DNA of 62,953 bases, the filler included, from Chiloscyllium plagiosum (taxonomy: Eukaryota): the NCBI RefSeq assembly GCF_004010195.1. It is 3 parts of one record of this genome, joined end to end, with 100 filler letters (N's around TTAATTAATTAA, not from the genome) between each part and the next. Parts side by side here need not be neighbours in the genome. Positions count along the whole stretch, not along the records: positions 1 to 30,243 come from NC_057710.1; 2 more parts are not named here. One strand, 5' to 3'. Shown piece by piece: positions 12,443-25,598 of this stretch (within the stretch, counting starts at the first letter, position 1; the number at the start of each line of letters is the position of its first letter). The notes beneath the pieces are model-generated. The model saw only the letters and a list, made by a program, of their open reading frames with translations, had not been told where the DNA came from and did not search any database. The translations under genes were made by a program, and so were the position numbers.

Positions 12443-14424
12443 GGCATATAATAAACATTTAATCATCACCTTCTAACTTATATAGTTAGTTTTCTGGAAC
12501 AAAAGCTATTGATTTTAAGGCAGACAGATAATAGTGGCATTGGGGTTTTAACTGCATCAATTGACCCAGATTTCTATCACATTTGTCAGATATTGGGCAT
12601 TCCTTCTGTGAATTCATGCAGTTAATGGTTGCTTCCATGCATAATTAAGTATAAAGTCTTTAGAAGCTAATTTATAATTAAACAGCAGTTACTTAGTCTA
12701 TGTTTTCTCTCCTTTCAATGGAGATCTTACTTTGGTCATTCACTGCTCCACTATTTCAAGAATTATTAAATGTAGGAATTTCAGAATTTCTTCAATCAAG
12801 ACTCTCNNNNNNNNNNNNNNNNNNNNNNNCCCTGGATGCTGCCTGACCTGCTGTGCTGTTCCAGCAATAAAGTTTCAACCATTTCAGAATGTGGTCAAGG
12901 CTACTGTTACTGCCTTTGCAATATCCTCCAATATTGTATGATACAAATTACTAAAGGGAAGTAGGGACGCTGTACTCTGAAAAGTTCGTAAATTCTGTGT
13001 TGGAAAGGAATCTATCCATAGTTATCCAAAGCACTCACCAGTGTCATGGGATAGGGCCTTTTGTGTATTATGGTGGTAAAGTTGCTACATTGGGAAGTAG
13101 GATCCTAATTGCCATTTTCAGTTGAAATTGGCTGAATCCTGTAGGTTGCACTTTCCAACCACTGGAAACCCCTCCAACTGAGCATTTTCTTAAAATAGCA
13201 CAATCTCTGCTTTATCCAAGAGAATATCTAAGAAATTATGTGTAACAATTTTATAATTTAACTGTCTTGTAAAAAAATACAACAAAACAGCCTTTATAAA
13301 ATATCATGCAAACTGTTCTCACCGTATTTAGCTTGTGCAATGTGAATGGCATTTCATGATTCTCCAGTATTCTAGATTAAATATTATATCACTGTAATTA
13401 ACTGTGCTATCTGATTATGGTTTTGAGTGCAAATATAATGAAAATTATGATTTATTAATTGAATTTGCATTTGTAATTAATTGGAGTACTCCTATTAGCA
13501 AGACTTCATTAGAGTATTAATTAATGTAATTATTTTTCACACAAGATTGCTACGTGAATTGTTTTGTGATGCAAAAGGTGTATCAACTGAGTTTAAACTG
13601 AATGCTTAATTAATTTGGCAAGAGAAGGAAACCTACTTCTAAATTTTATTCAATGTCCAGTCCGAAGTGATGTAGTGAGATATTATGCTATTAAGTTTTT
13701 CTCTGATGGCACAATAATTGAAGGACATTCATGAGTTTCACTGTAATTTCTGACAGTACTTAGTGTACTCAACTCCCAAGCCATAAGCAGCAAAGGAGAT
13801 TAACTATAGCTTGAGGATAAGTGAAGTAAAATATAATTTCTCCAGCATAATTTATCAGCTTGTTCCAAATTTCCTAAGACCAAAGATTGCCTTCTTCTGA
13901 GCTCCTCGCATACTTTTCATAACAACACACACTGACATTGATCATTATGACATGCCTTTGTCCCTTCTGAATGACAGACCTCCTATATTTCCCAAATCCG
14001 GCAATTCTCATCTTCGAGCGAATGCTCATCCCTATTAGAGATAAATTTTCCTTGTTCCCAATCACTATCATTTCACAATATTCCATGTATACATATCTTG
14101 TGTCCAGGATGAAAATAATGCACATAATCTTTACAGTAAATCACTTTGTGATTGTAACCATTTCCTGGTTAATTAATGTTTTGAAGTTTTTGGTTTCCAG
14201 AGAAATCCTGGACGGGGCATTATGACTGCTGTTCTTGAAACAGTGCCAAGGTATCCTGCTTGATTTGATCAATGGGCCCCCAAGTTATCATCTCATATTA
14301 AATGTGGCACCTCTTGATGCTTCACAACATCCACTTCATTCAATATTATAAACCAAATCATAAAACTCCAGAATTGGAAAGAAAACAACGTAAGTCTATT
14401 ATTAGTTGCCATTTGTTGAAAACA

Positions 14425-14660
14425 TCAGTTAGAGTTCTTAGAATCTCCATAGTGAGGAAGCAGGCCATTCGGGCCATCAAATCCACTCCAGCCCTCTAAA
14501 GAGCATCTCATCTGACCCACCCCATCCCTGCAACCATGCATTTCTCAAGGCCAATTCACTTAACCTGCAAATCTTTGGACTGTGGGAGGAAACCAGAGCA
14601 TCCAGTCGCCCAAGGCTGGAATCAAACCAAGTCCCTGATGCTGTGAGATAGCAGTTCTAA
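14425..14660 (-). mobile_element. Degenerate, internally deleted HE1-type SINE
   Basis: caggccattcgggcc...ccaattcacttaacctgcaaatctttggactgtgggagg...gctgtgagatagcagttctaa. Confidence 0.7.
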
Positions 14661-16959
14661 AAGGATTTATACCAAAGGAGAAAAGAAAGACAAAGGGATG
14701 GTTTCCTTCTCGTTGTAATCTTAACCACATCCCCACCACCATAACAATGTCTAAATTTAAAGAAATTGTGCCATTTGGAAATATCAGAAAACTATATTTC
14801 TTCCATTAATTTGTGTTGAATTAAAATTGCTGGTCCTTATTTCATCATTAAAGTGATGTAAATCTGTGGCATAGAGCTTTCATAATAGAATGAAGGAACA
14901 GATAATAATATTTACTTTCTGTGAATGAATAGAGATTGAATGAAACCAGTACTATAATTAAATATAAGCCTTAATTTAATACTGTCAGGACATCCTATTC
15001 TCTGAAAATATTTTTAAGGGATTGTTCTAACATTTTAGCTATTTCAGCTTTCAAGTTATACCTAATGTTTGAGCTAGAGAATTTCTCATATAGTAGAGAC
15101 TGTTTAGTCTAATGTTGCAATGACCTCTGACACCAGGACTGGGGGTGGAAGGTGTGGGAGTGGATGTGCTGAGTGGAGCTGCAAAGGACATGAAAACGGA
15201 AGGAGAATCCAGCCAGCCAGCTTCAAAATAATTTCATGTCTCCATATGATTATGATGAAGTGAGATCGATGCCAATATATGGCTCCTCATGGCACTTAGA
15301 CAAAACCAACTGCCTTTTCTTTCCAGCATTTTCCATCTGTTGTGTCAGGTGCTTTCAATGAAACCATGGCATCTCCCAGTAACAAAGGAACAAATCAGTG
15401 CTGGAGGCTTCAAGCTAGCTTGAAATTTTCACATCAAAGATTATCTATAACCATTGTTTTGCCCATTTAGTTGGCTTTTCCAATGATGTCCAAACCTTTA
15501 TTCCTTCTGCCCTTTTTAGTTACCAGATCGGTGGTCAGCAATTGAAATTGGATGCACCCTCATAACTACCTATACACTTCACTAGCTCCTACCTCTGGAT
15601 GGTTGAAGGCCTCCTGTCGTGTTTGGTACCAATCTTTCCTGGTGAGGGTTATTGCAATGCCAGTCAGATCTTTCCCTATTGCACCTTATGCAACAGAACC
15701 CTTTGCTTTGCTATCCATTAAATTAGCCAAATCTACAAATGTTAACCCACATCAAGGCTGTTCTGACCTGACTCTTTAGAAGAATATTAGAATAGTTAAT
15801 GGAGGGTCAGATGGCTGTGAACAGGGTCCAGACAAACCAAGGACAGTGAATCCTATCCTATGTCAGTACACATCCTTCATTTACACCAAATAGACTAGAG
15901 AGACTGTTTTGCAAGAATAGGACTCCTGAATTACACATTGTGACGTTTAGCACAAAATTTGCCACCAAACAATTGTTCCATGACATCGAAGGTTGTTAGA
16001 GTGCATTGTTCTGACCTGAACTTCTCAAAATATTATAACTATTTGTTTAAACATGGAGCAAAGGAGCCACATGATTTACAATACCGACGACCATTTTATG
16101 ATTCTTGCTGCAGAACATTTATTTAATCACTAGGTATAAAATGTGCAGAATAGGAAAGGTGTTCAATATCAAGACAGACAGCACCTCAACTTTGCTAATG
16201 TCTGAAACATAACCTCCATTACACAAGTTCCCAGCTGGTGTCTTGGTTTTCTGATATTGTCTTTGTTTAAAGATCCAATAAGGTTTGTGGGAGAACGGCC
16301 ATGGCAAATTGACAAAGCTGTATGTTTTGTAAGCAGGTATGTAGAATAAATGATTGTTTCAAATTTCAAACTGCAAGAGATGACCCAATTTCATATCTTA
16401 AAACTGATTTTCACAAAATGTAATAGATTTGGTGACAAGATGGAGAACAGTGACTTATGGCATATTTCAAATTGAGAATTATGATGCACTATTGTAAAAT
16501 GCAAGTGCACAGTCAATTGAAGGACAAAGATAAATATTTAACATGATGAGGTAATGTTAAACTCACAGAAGTCATCAGTTAAGTCATAGTTAACATATTG
16601 CGCCTAGCTTTGAATGCCTTACTTTACAAAGTATTTCAAGACCATGGAAAAGCTATTTACTGGTGATGGATGGAATGCAATGCAACCCTTACAAGATTTT
16701 GTTTTCTGAAGACAGTGGTTGGGGCATGGAATTTCCCTCTTAGAAGCAGTGCATCATCTGTTCATAGAAATTTACATCAAAAAAGGAGGCCATTGCCTTT
16801 TTGTGTTGATGGCAGCCATAAAAATATAGTCTGGATAAGTCACACTTTCCAGCTATTGGTGTGGAGCCCTGTCAATTCTGACACTTCAAATGCATATCAA
16901 AATATTTTGATTTAATTGCAATGAGGATGACTGTCACCAGCACTCTTTCAGCCAATGAC

Positions 16960-17560
16960 TGCCAGGCACACTCATTCCATTGAAAAAGAATCTTCTCACA
17001 TCCTCTTTAATCCTTCTGCCTATTATTTTAAATCTCTGTCCTGGTGTTACTGCCCTTTCTGTTAAAGGAAATAGGTCCTTCCTTTTCCTAATCACTCTAC
17101 TTAGGCCCATTTATTATGCTAACGCTTTGTTGAAATATCAGCTCAGCCTCCTCTATTCCAAAAGAAAAATCCCAAACTACCCAATCTCAGATAAATGTAT
17201 CTAGTCTTGGCAACTATTTCATAAATCTCCTCTGTATTGTCTCAGATGCAATTGCATCCTTCCTGCACTGTAATAAACAGACATACATGCAGTATTGTAA
17301 GTGCCATCTGACTGTTTCGGTTGATGCAAAATAGTGAGCCTTCTTAAGCATCGAACTACCTGTCCTGCTTCCTGCACCCATACAATACAAAGTCACTTTG
17401 ATCATCTCCACCTCTACATATTCTATCATTTGTTGTATATTCCCATGTCTTAACGGTTCTCTCAATAACCTCACTCTTCTTAAGATTTGAATTTTACTTG
17501 AAGCTTTTCTCGCCATCCAATTAGTTTGCTGATATCTTGGTAGTGATATCAAAGAACATT
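16960..17560 (-). mobile_element. Old CR1 LINE fragment
   Basis: Minus-strand HLQYC...RKDAIASETIQRRFMK resembles CR1 LEYC...RKDV.ALE.VQRRFTR. Confidence 0.55.
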
Positions 17561-17574
17561 ATCACTTTATAGAA

Positions 17575-17906
17575 GATTATTGAATCCCTCTGTGTGGAAA
17601 GAGGCCATTTGGCCCAACAAGTCCACACTGACTGTCCTAAGGATATCCCACCCAGACCCATTCCCCTATGTGTGTTTTTACATTTTCTCTGACTAATACA
17701 CCCAACCAACACATCCCTGAAAACTATGGGCATTTTACTATGGCCAATTCACCTAACCTGCACATCTTTGGACTGTGGGAGGAAACCTTCACAAATACAA
17801 GGAGAATGTGCAAACTCCACACAGCCAGTGACCCAAGGCTGGAATCAAACCTAGATTCCTGGTGCTGTGAGGCAGCAGTGCTAACTGCTGAGCCATTGTG
17901 CCACCC
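17575..17906 (-). mobile_element. HE1-type V-SINE
   Basis: Same head, core and tail as 1530-1833. Confidence 0.85.
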
Positions 17907-19197
17907 CTTTAAAAAAATGGACTGGGTTAATTCTCTTTTGGAGATGTTGTCCATGTGAAAGAGACTGAAAAACCTTTCTCTGTAAAATAATACTTCCTGA
18001 TTGGCATAGTTGGTAGAAAACTTTCCTTTTACCTCCAAGTCTTGAATGTTAATGCAGACCAGGTTTACAGTATCTCGTCTACTCCATTGACAATCTATAT
18101 TGAATTTTTCGTGGCAATTGACAAATTGGTCATGACATTTAGGGACACCATACAAATTATACTGCAGATGTAAGCAATAGTAAGGCTAAAGCTTTAATAG
18201 AATGAAAGTGTTTTACTAGGTTTGGAATCAAGATGCATTTTTAAAATACAACAAACTTTTTTTTTTGAACCGGTACCTATGGGACCAGGAGTGTGCCATT
18301 TCATCAAATATTCCCGATAATCAAGAGACATGCATAACTGCAGTAAGTCCTGACCAAGCAAAGTTACAAAACATCAACACTCCTCACAAAATCTCCAAGA
18401 ACATTAACATGCCTCCTAAAATCAATGTTAAAACACACAGTAATAGAGACATATTGCTGGGGGTATTCGCATCACTGTTATATTTTATTCACAGCACAAA
18501 TACTCAGACATCACTGTAGATCACAGTATTTGAGGTACATAATTTTTGCCAGCTTATCAAGAGTGCTGGTTGATAAGGTGCTGGTTAAAACCAAGTTCGT
18601 TGCATTATAGAACTGCAAAATTGAGAACCTTTTATCAGAAAATATGTTCTCTCAAATCCCTCCCTCATTTTGAATAGAAATAAAATTCAGCAGAAATTCT
18701 TGGGAAAGGTTTTAAATAAAGAAAGCATGCAATTACATATAAGGCATGATTAAATGTTATAACTGGATCTGTACCTCAAGTTTTGCAACAGTTGCAATTG
18801 GTCTATCATACTGTCAATCTAAGATGCAAAGAGTTTAAACCAGTACGCACCAAGTCTCAACACATTATTCAACATATTGGCGTTTAAAATGCCTTTAAGT
18901 GCTCATTAAAAAAAGTATCATGGCATTTTAATGGTCAATGTTTCAGCTAATTTCCTCTTCTAACAGATATCAGATGTTTATTTTTGTAATTTGCTCAAAG
19001 GTATTGCTGACAAAGCCAATATTTATTGCCAATTCCTAATTGTTCTGAGAAGGTCACAGATGGGCATTTTCATGAATTACAATCCACGAGGTGTTTACAC
19101 ACCTATAGTTAGGAGGAAAAATGGTGTTAGTGCTGATTTCAACCATTACTTAAAGGAATGCTCCCCAATTTTCAGTCATTGTTATTCAAACTGTGAA

Positions 19198-19386
19198 GGG
19201 AAAGTGAGGTCTGCAGATGCTGGAGATCAAAGTCGAAACTTTATTGCTGGAACAGCACAGCAGGTCAGGCATGACCTGGATGCTGCCTGACCTGCTGTGC
19301 TGTTCCAGCAATAAAGTTTCAACTTTGATCTCCAGCCCTGGATGCTGCCTGACCTGCTGTGCTGTTCCAGCAATAAAGTTTCAACT
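19198..19386. mobile_element. PLE family A terminal sequence in inverted plus tandem arrangement
   Basis: gctggagatcaaagtcgaaactttattgctggaacagcacagcaggtcaggca, followed by two reverse-complement copies starting at 19275 and 19336. Confidence 0.75.
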
Positions 19387-20649
19387 TCAAACTATGAAGC
19401 AAACCTCAAATACATTTGGACACTTACTAGAATACTCCAAGACTTTGTAAACAATCATCTATTCTGGAAATTCTTTGAGGTATTCCCATACAACAGAGCA
19501 ACAGGAGTGCAATAGTAGTGTCATACACCCCTCCTGTCCAGAATTGCTGCCAGATCTGTTGAGTTTCTTCAACATTTTGTGTTTTCACTTCAGATTACCA
19601 GCATCTGCGATGTTTTGCACTTGTTATTAGTAATCAGCAACTATCGACAACTTTGAAATAAATCCAGACTATCAACACTACCATCAGTAGTATAGATATT
19701 TCACGCTGTTTCACTCTTTGACTAAACCCCACCTTCTTCCCCATTTCACTCTGAACTTTGTTGTTGTTCTGAATATTTAGATGTTGTTCCTGTGCGTTAT
19801 CTGTAAGCTTTCGTTGATTCATTTCTTTAATATCTTGATTTAGATTTGTCGATGTCAATAATATTCTTACCAGCTGGGATTATATCACCCATAGAGAATG
19901 CCAGTGGAATAACAGTTTTACCCTTCAGTAATGCTTTTCATTGAGTAGAATTGAAAATAAAATCTGACAGGATATAAAAGCAACATTGCATGCAATCCTA
20001 ATAGTTCCTCGTAGGTAGAGCAGGTTAAAATTCACTGTGTCTTTTCAAGACCGACATACAAGACTTCATTGTTGTGTGTGATGCTCCACTATGTTATACA
20101 GAAGTAAAAATATCAGACAAGGAGTTATCTATAGATAGTATTGTTCTCAATTATATTCATTTGGTTGTTTTGACCATGTCGTTGGGCCCAGTACTAAGAG
20201 AATTCTCCCCATCTGCATGCTAAATATGTTAAAGTAGCAGTGGGAAAAGATATTATTTTGCATGTTTTCAAATTTGACACACACACTGTGCTTATTTTCC
20301 AAATATTATTATCCACTAAGTGCAGACTAAGGCATAATTTAGTCAAATCCCAATAAAGTGTAATTTCTGTTTGACACAAGTCGTAACTAGTGTCAAAACT
20401 AGTTCAGCAGCTGTTGTCCTATTATTCACATTTTTTTCTGTAAGCTGGAGGGTCTTCAATCATGCTCTTTCCTTACAATCTTACCAAAATGAGAAATAAT
20501 TCTAGTTTGTCTCTTAGGATTATATGACCTATATTATATTGTACTGGAATATAAAGCCTTAAATTTTAGTTGGATGTTTTACCTTGCTCACTGATAAATA
20601 TTATGGGCGGAAAGGCCCTTAATATTACAGTGTCCTTCCGCACAAAATG

Positions 20650-21560
20650 TCTGCTATTTTAGGGTGAAAGTAGAAGGCAGCTCAATTCTCAGAGAGACCC
20701 AACTGCATACTATAGATGCTATACACTGCTGATACTGTTCATTGATAATGAAGGGAGTGAATATTGAATATAGTGGGTGTGATGCCTTGGAAAATGTCAA
20801 GCTTCTTGAGTTTTGTTTAAACTGCACTCTTCCAGGCAAGTAGAGATTCTTCTATTGCACTTCTGACTTGTGCCTTGAGATAGTGGGCAGGTAGTGCGAG
20901 ATGAGAGGTAAGATCATCATTGTACAATTCCTAGCCTCTGATCTACTTTTGTAGCTGCAGTGTATATGTACGGCTGGTTTCATTCAGCTTTGTTCAGTGG
21001 TAAACCCAAAGATGTTGATATTGTTTGATCCAGTGTTGGCAGTGCCATTGAATGTCAAGAAGAGATGTTTTGATTTGCCCTTGGTAGAAATGCACATTAT
21101 TGTTCATGCTAAGTTACCCCATAGTGTCGAGTGATGTGCTGGCTGGGTAAATGTGGGGTTTCAGGGATAAGGTAAGGGATCTAGGTCTGGGTGTGATGCT
21201 CCTCAGAGGGTCAGTGCAGACTTAATGGGCCAAATGGCCTCTTTATGCTCGGTAATGATTCTATGAATTACAGCCATCTTCCTTTTGGGCAATTAGATTT
21301 GAACAAGCAGAGTCTTTTCCCCCAAGTTCCCAATGCATCCAGTTTGCCTTGGTCCCAATGGTGCCACACACTGTTAAATCTACCTTGGAGTCCAGTGCAA
21401 TTGCTCTCATTTCATCTCCAGAGTTCAGCTCCTTTGACAATGTTTGCACCAAGGCTGTATGAACACAGGGATCTCAGTGGCCGTAGTGGAATCCAAACAA
21501 ACCATCAGCGAGCGCGTTATTCCTTTGAAGGCAGTGCCACTGTTACTGTGCAGGTACAGG
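20650..21560 (-). mobile_element. Old unclassified LINE fragment with an HE1 3' half inserted at ~21101-21265 (+)
   Basis: Similar to 31150-31620. Contains an HE1-like tail gggtcagtgcagacttaatgggccaaatggcctc. Confidence 0.45.
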
Positions 21561-22460
21561 TATAGCTAGAAGTTTTAAAACAGATAACATAGATTTTCTT
21601 CCCTTGTAACTGGGCATTACTAATTGCCTTGGCTGACTGCAAAGTGGAAGATCAGGCACTAAGATCTATACACCCTTAATCAAATGGCAAACTTGGGGTA
21701 AGGTCAGAAAAATGGATATGAGCTGATCCTTTTGAATGGGAGGGCCTAAATGGCTGACTCCTGTTCCTATTTCTTATGGTCTTTTGGTCTAACAGTAAGC
21801 TTGAAACATCACTATTTTGATTCAGCTAAATTTTGAAATGTATCCATTCCTCATTCTCGAGTCAGAGATCTAGCTTTCTTTGTTATTATTTATCAGTGCT
21901 GCTCCTCCTTTTTTTGACAAAATAACTAATTGAGTGATATTATATCTCATATTATATATCGTACATTATTTCATTTTATATAATGTCACATTTTATCTCC
22001 CCAATTCCATTTTTAGTATCAGTGAAGTTTTCTTAAAAGTAATCTAAAAATAAGCATGTTTTCAAAAAATACTCTGTATTTAATCTTTGATCACACAAAA
22101 CTGTGCAATGGAATACTAATGCGTAAAAGGGTGGACGAAAATATTGTGTTTGCAAGAAAATAGTATAAAGAAAAATTGCAAGCTTAAATATAACATTCTC
22201 TGACAAGATTTGTTAATGACACATTACCTTAAAATAATTTGCTGCACACACTGCAGTTTTCTGGTTATTCATGGGATACAAGCATTCCTGGGAAGGCTTA
22301 GATTCTATTAAGGAGGGAGCTCCAGGATTTTGACTCATTGGGCAGAAGCTTCTGAGCTCCTCAATGGCATGGTCATTTGAGGAATGGTTGGGAAAAAGAG
22401 TGAAATCAGCAGAAATGCGATTCTCAACATCAAAATTAAAAGATCCACTATTCCAATCAA

Positions 22461-22778
22461 AGTTAAAAATCACACGGCACCAGGTTATAGTCCAACAGGT
22501 TTAATTGGAAGCACACTAGCTTTCGGAGCATCGCTCCTTCATCAGGTGATTAGTGGAGAGCTCAATCCTAACTCAGAATTTATAGCAAAAATTTACAGTG
22601 TGATGTACAGTATTTTGCTACAAATTCTGTGTGTTAGGATTGAGCCCTCCACTATCACCTCACGAAGGAGCGACGCTCCGAAAGCTAGTGTGCTGCCAAT
22701 TAAACCTATTGGACTATAACCTGGTGTTGTGTGATTTTTAACTTTGTACACCCCAGTCCAACACTGGCATCTCCAAAT
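22461..22778. mobile_element. Palindromic non-autonomous PLE-derived element (family B) with two opposed hammerheads and a 12-bp TSD
   Basis: Arms ~22460-22590 and ~22612-22744 are reverse complements. Direct repeat tattccaatcaa at 22449-22460 and 22779-22790. Confidence 0.85.
22514..22548 (-). ncRNA. Minimal type I hammerhead ribozyme, family B, intact core
   Basis: Minus strand reads cac CUGAUGA A GGAGC gau GCUCC GAAA GCU A gug. Confidence 0.75.
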
Positions 22779-23789
22779 TATTCCAATCAAGATTTTTGAA
22801 GCATGAGATGAGAGTCTTCATATTGAGTGCCAAAATGCCTATCTATAACCATTTTATGTGTTATTGTGTCATTATTACTTCTCACCTCACTGATATTTCT
22901 TTTCCTGCTGAGTAGACACTACACAGCGACAATTAAAAGTCAGAGTAGGTGACTCCAGCTCACTACTTGCTCCTCTGACCATCATTTTGGACAGCAGTCA
23001 GCAACATGGCAGGTACAGTTCACTGATACAGTCCATGGGTAACTATCGCTGCAAGCCCTTGTCGACAGACCTTAGCACCGCACATCGACCAATCTCAATC
23101 TATACCCTCATGACATTTATAGTACAATTCTACCCTTATTGTGTACTTGAGTGCACACTCTTATTGGAATGTTGTTGCCAGGACACTTTACAAACTGGGA
23201 CACTTAGCTAACTCATGTTTTCGGCCAGAGATCCTCGTTGTCTTTTCAGCACTCTCACATTTTGCTCTTATTTGGATGCTCACAGTATCCCTGTGTTGCC
23301 TTTTAGTGTTCTGAGCCTCAGCCAGGGATCCTGAAAGATCTTTGCATCAGTGAATACTCAGCAAAAGAGATGTTAGGATGAGCAGGGCACCGTAGAGGCC
23401 CAGTGCTGAGGAAATGAGGAAGGCTGCGGACAACAGCATGAAAAATCTCTCTAAGGCTCACAGAGGGAAATCCTGCATGAAACTCCCCTAAACTGACACA
23501 CTCCTTAACTGATAAATTTCAGTCCATATTGAGTTTGCATTACAGCAAATTTGTTTTAACTGACACGTTGTGAATCAGCAATCTTGATAAAACAGCAAAA
23601 ATTCTATAACTCAAATACCACAAAGTTTACTGTATTATTCTTTCAATTATTATAGATTTTAATTTATTTACCTCAATGTAAATATGCTTGTTACTCAGTC
23701 AAACAGCCACATGAAATATCAATAGTTGATTCAATTTTGAGTCAATTTCTCCTCAAATACCACAATCTATCTAAATGGACCCTATAACT

Positions 23790-25302
23790 CTGTGGGAAGC
23801 TAGTGAAGTGAATGCTGGGCCTCCTGCTGAGATATTTGTATTATTAATAATCACAGGTGAGGTGCCGGAAGACTGGAGGTTGGCTAACTTGGTGCCACTA
23901 TTTTTAAGAAAGTTGGTAAGGATAAGCCAGGGAATTATAGACTGGTGAGCCTGAGATCAGTGGTGGGCATGTTGTTGGAGGGAATCCTGAGGGCCAGGCC
24001 GTACATGTATTTGGAAAGGCAAGACAGTCAACATGGCTTTGTGTATGGGAACTCATGTTTCACAAACTTGATTGAGTTTTTTGAGGAAATAACAAAGAGG
24101 ATTGATGAGGGCAGAGTGGGAGATGTGATCTATGTGGACTTCAGTAAGGCGTTCGACAAGGTTCCCATGGGACACTGATTAACAAGGTTAGATCTCATGG
24201 AATACAGGGTGAACTAGCCATTTGGATACAGAACTGGCTTAAAGGTAGAAGACAGAGTGGTGGTGGAGGGTTGTTTTTTAGACTGGAGGCCTGTGACCAG
24301 TGGAGTGCCACAAGGATTGGTGCTGGCTCCACTATTTTTCACCATTTATATAAATGATTTGTGAGCATAAGAGGTATAGTTAGTAAGTTTGCTGATGACA
24401 CCAAAATTAGAGTTGTGGTGGACAGTGAAGAAGGTTACCTCAGTTTACAACTGGATCTTGATCAGAAGGGCCAATGTGTTGAGGAGTGGCACATGGAGTT
24501 TAATTCAGATAAATGCAAGGTGTTGCATTTTGGGAAAGCATATCTTAACAGAACTCAATGGTAAGGTCCAAGGGAGTGTTGCTGAACAAAGAGACCTTGG
24601 AGTGCAAGTTCATAGCTTCTTTAAAGTAGAGTCACAGCTGGATAAGATAGTGAAGAAGGTGTTTGGTATGCTTTCCTTTCTTAGTCAGAGTATTGAGTAT
24701 AGGAGTTGGGAGGTCATATTGCGGTTGTACAGGGCATTGGTTAGGCCAGCTTTGGAATATTGTGTGCAACTCTGGTCTCCTTCCAATTGGAAGGATGTTG
24801 TGAAACTTGAAATGGCTCAGAAAAGATTTGCAAGGATGTTGCCAGGAATGGAGGATTTGAGCTATAGGGAGAGGTTGAATCAGTTAGGGCTGTTTTCCCT
24901 GAAGTGTCCGACGTTGCGAGATGACCTTATACAGGTTTATAAAATCACGAGATGCATCAATAGGGTAAATAGACAAAGTCTTTTCCCTGGGGTGAGAGAG
25001 TCCAGAACTAGAGGACATAGGTTTAGGGTGAGAGGAGAAAGATAAAAGAGACCTAATGGACAACTTTTTCATGCAGAGGGTAGTGTGTGTGTGGAATGGG
25101 CTACAAGAGAAAGTGGTAGAGGCTAGTACAGTTGCAACATTTAACTGGCAATGTAGATGGGTATATGAGTAGGAAGAGTTTGGAGGGATATGGGCCGGGT
25201 GCTGGCAAGTGGGACTAGATTGGGTTGGGATATGTGGTCAGCACGGATGGGTTGGAACGAAAGGTCTGTTTCCGTGGTGTACATCTCTATGACTCTATGA
25301 CT
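23790..25302 (+). mobile_element. CR1/HER1 LINE, 5'-truncated, with intact 3' tail
   Basis: PEDWRLAN, SQHGFV...LIEFFEE, DFSKAFDKVP, KFADDTK and LEYCVQLWSP motifs across frameshifts. Tail ctctatgactctatgac. Confidence 0.95.
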
Positions 25303-25523
25303 TTAGTTAGCTGAAGGTATGAGTTCAAAGCTCTCTCAGTCAATTTCATTGAAGGCAAAGTTGCATTATTATTTAAGTGATTTATGCTGTAAATATAAGA
25401 GTGATATGTGTAGTGATATAGTGTGTAGTGATATGTACACCCCCTAGCTTACACTTCTATTATTTAGTGTTGTTACGTTGATTATGTGGACCTCTTGATT
25501 ATCCAGAATATTTCATCAACCGG

Positions 25524-25598
25524 CACATTCCTGGTCCCACATTCCTGATCCCACATTCCTGATTCCACATTCCTGGTCCCACATTCCTGGTCCCACAT
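25524..25598. repeat. 14-bp tandem repeat (cacattcctggtcc), about 5 copies
   Basis: Directly visible. The left flank matches the reverse complement of ~18277-18325. Confidence 0.9.

Noticed and set aside
13874..14225. Overlapping 83-84 aa ORFs on both strands
   Set aside because: No recognisable domain or convincing splice structure
25524..25598. CRISPR-like short repeat array
   Set aside because: Head-to-tail 14-bp units with no spacers, no cas genes, and a vertebrate context
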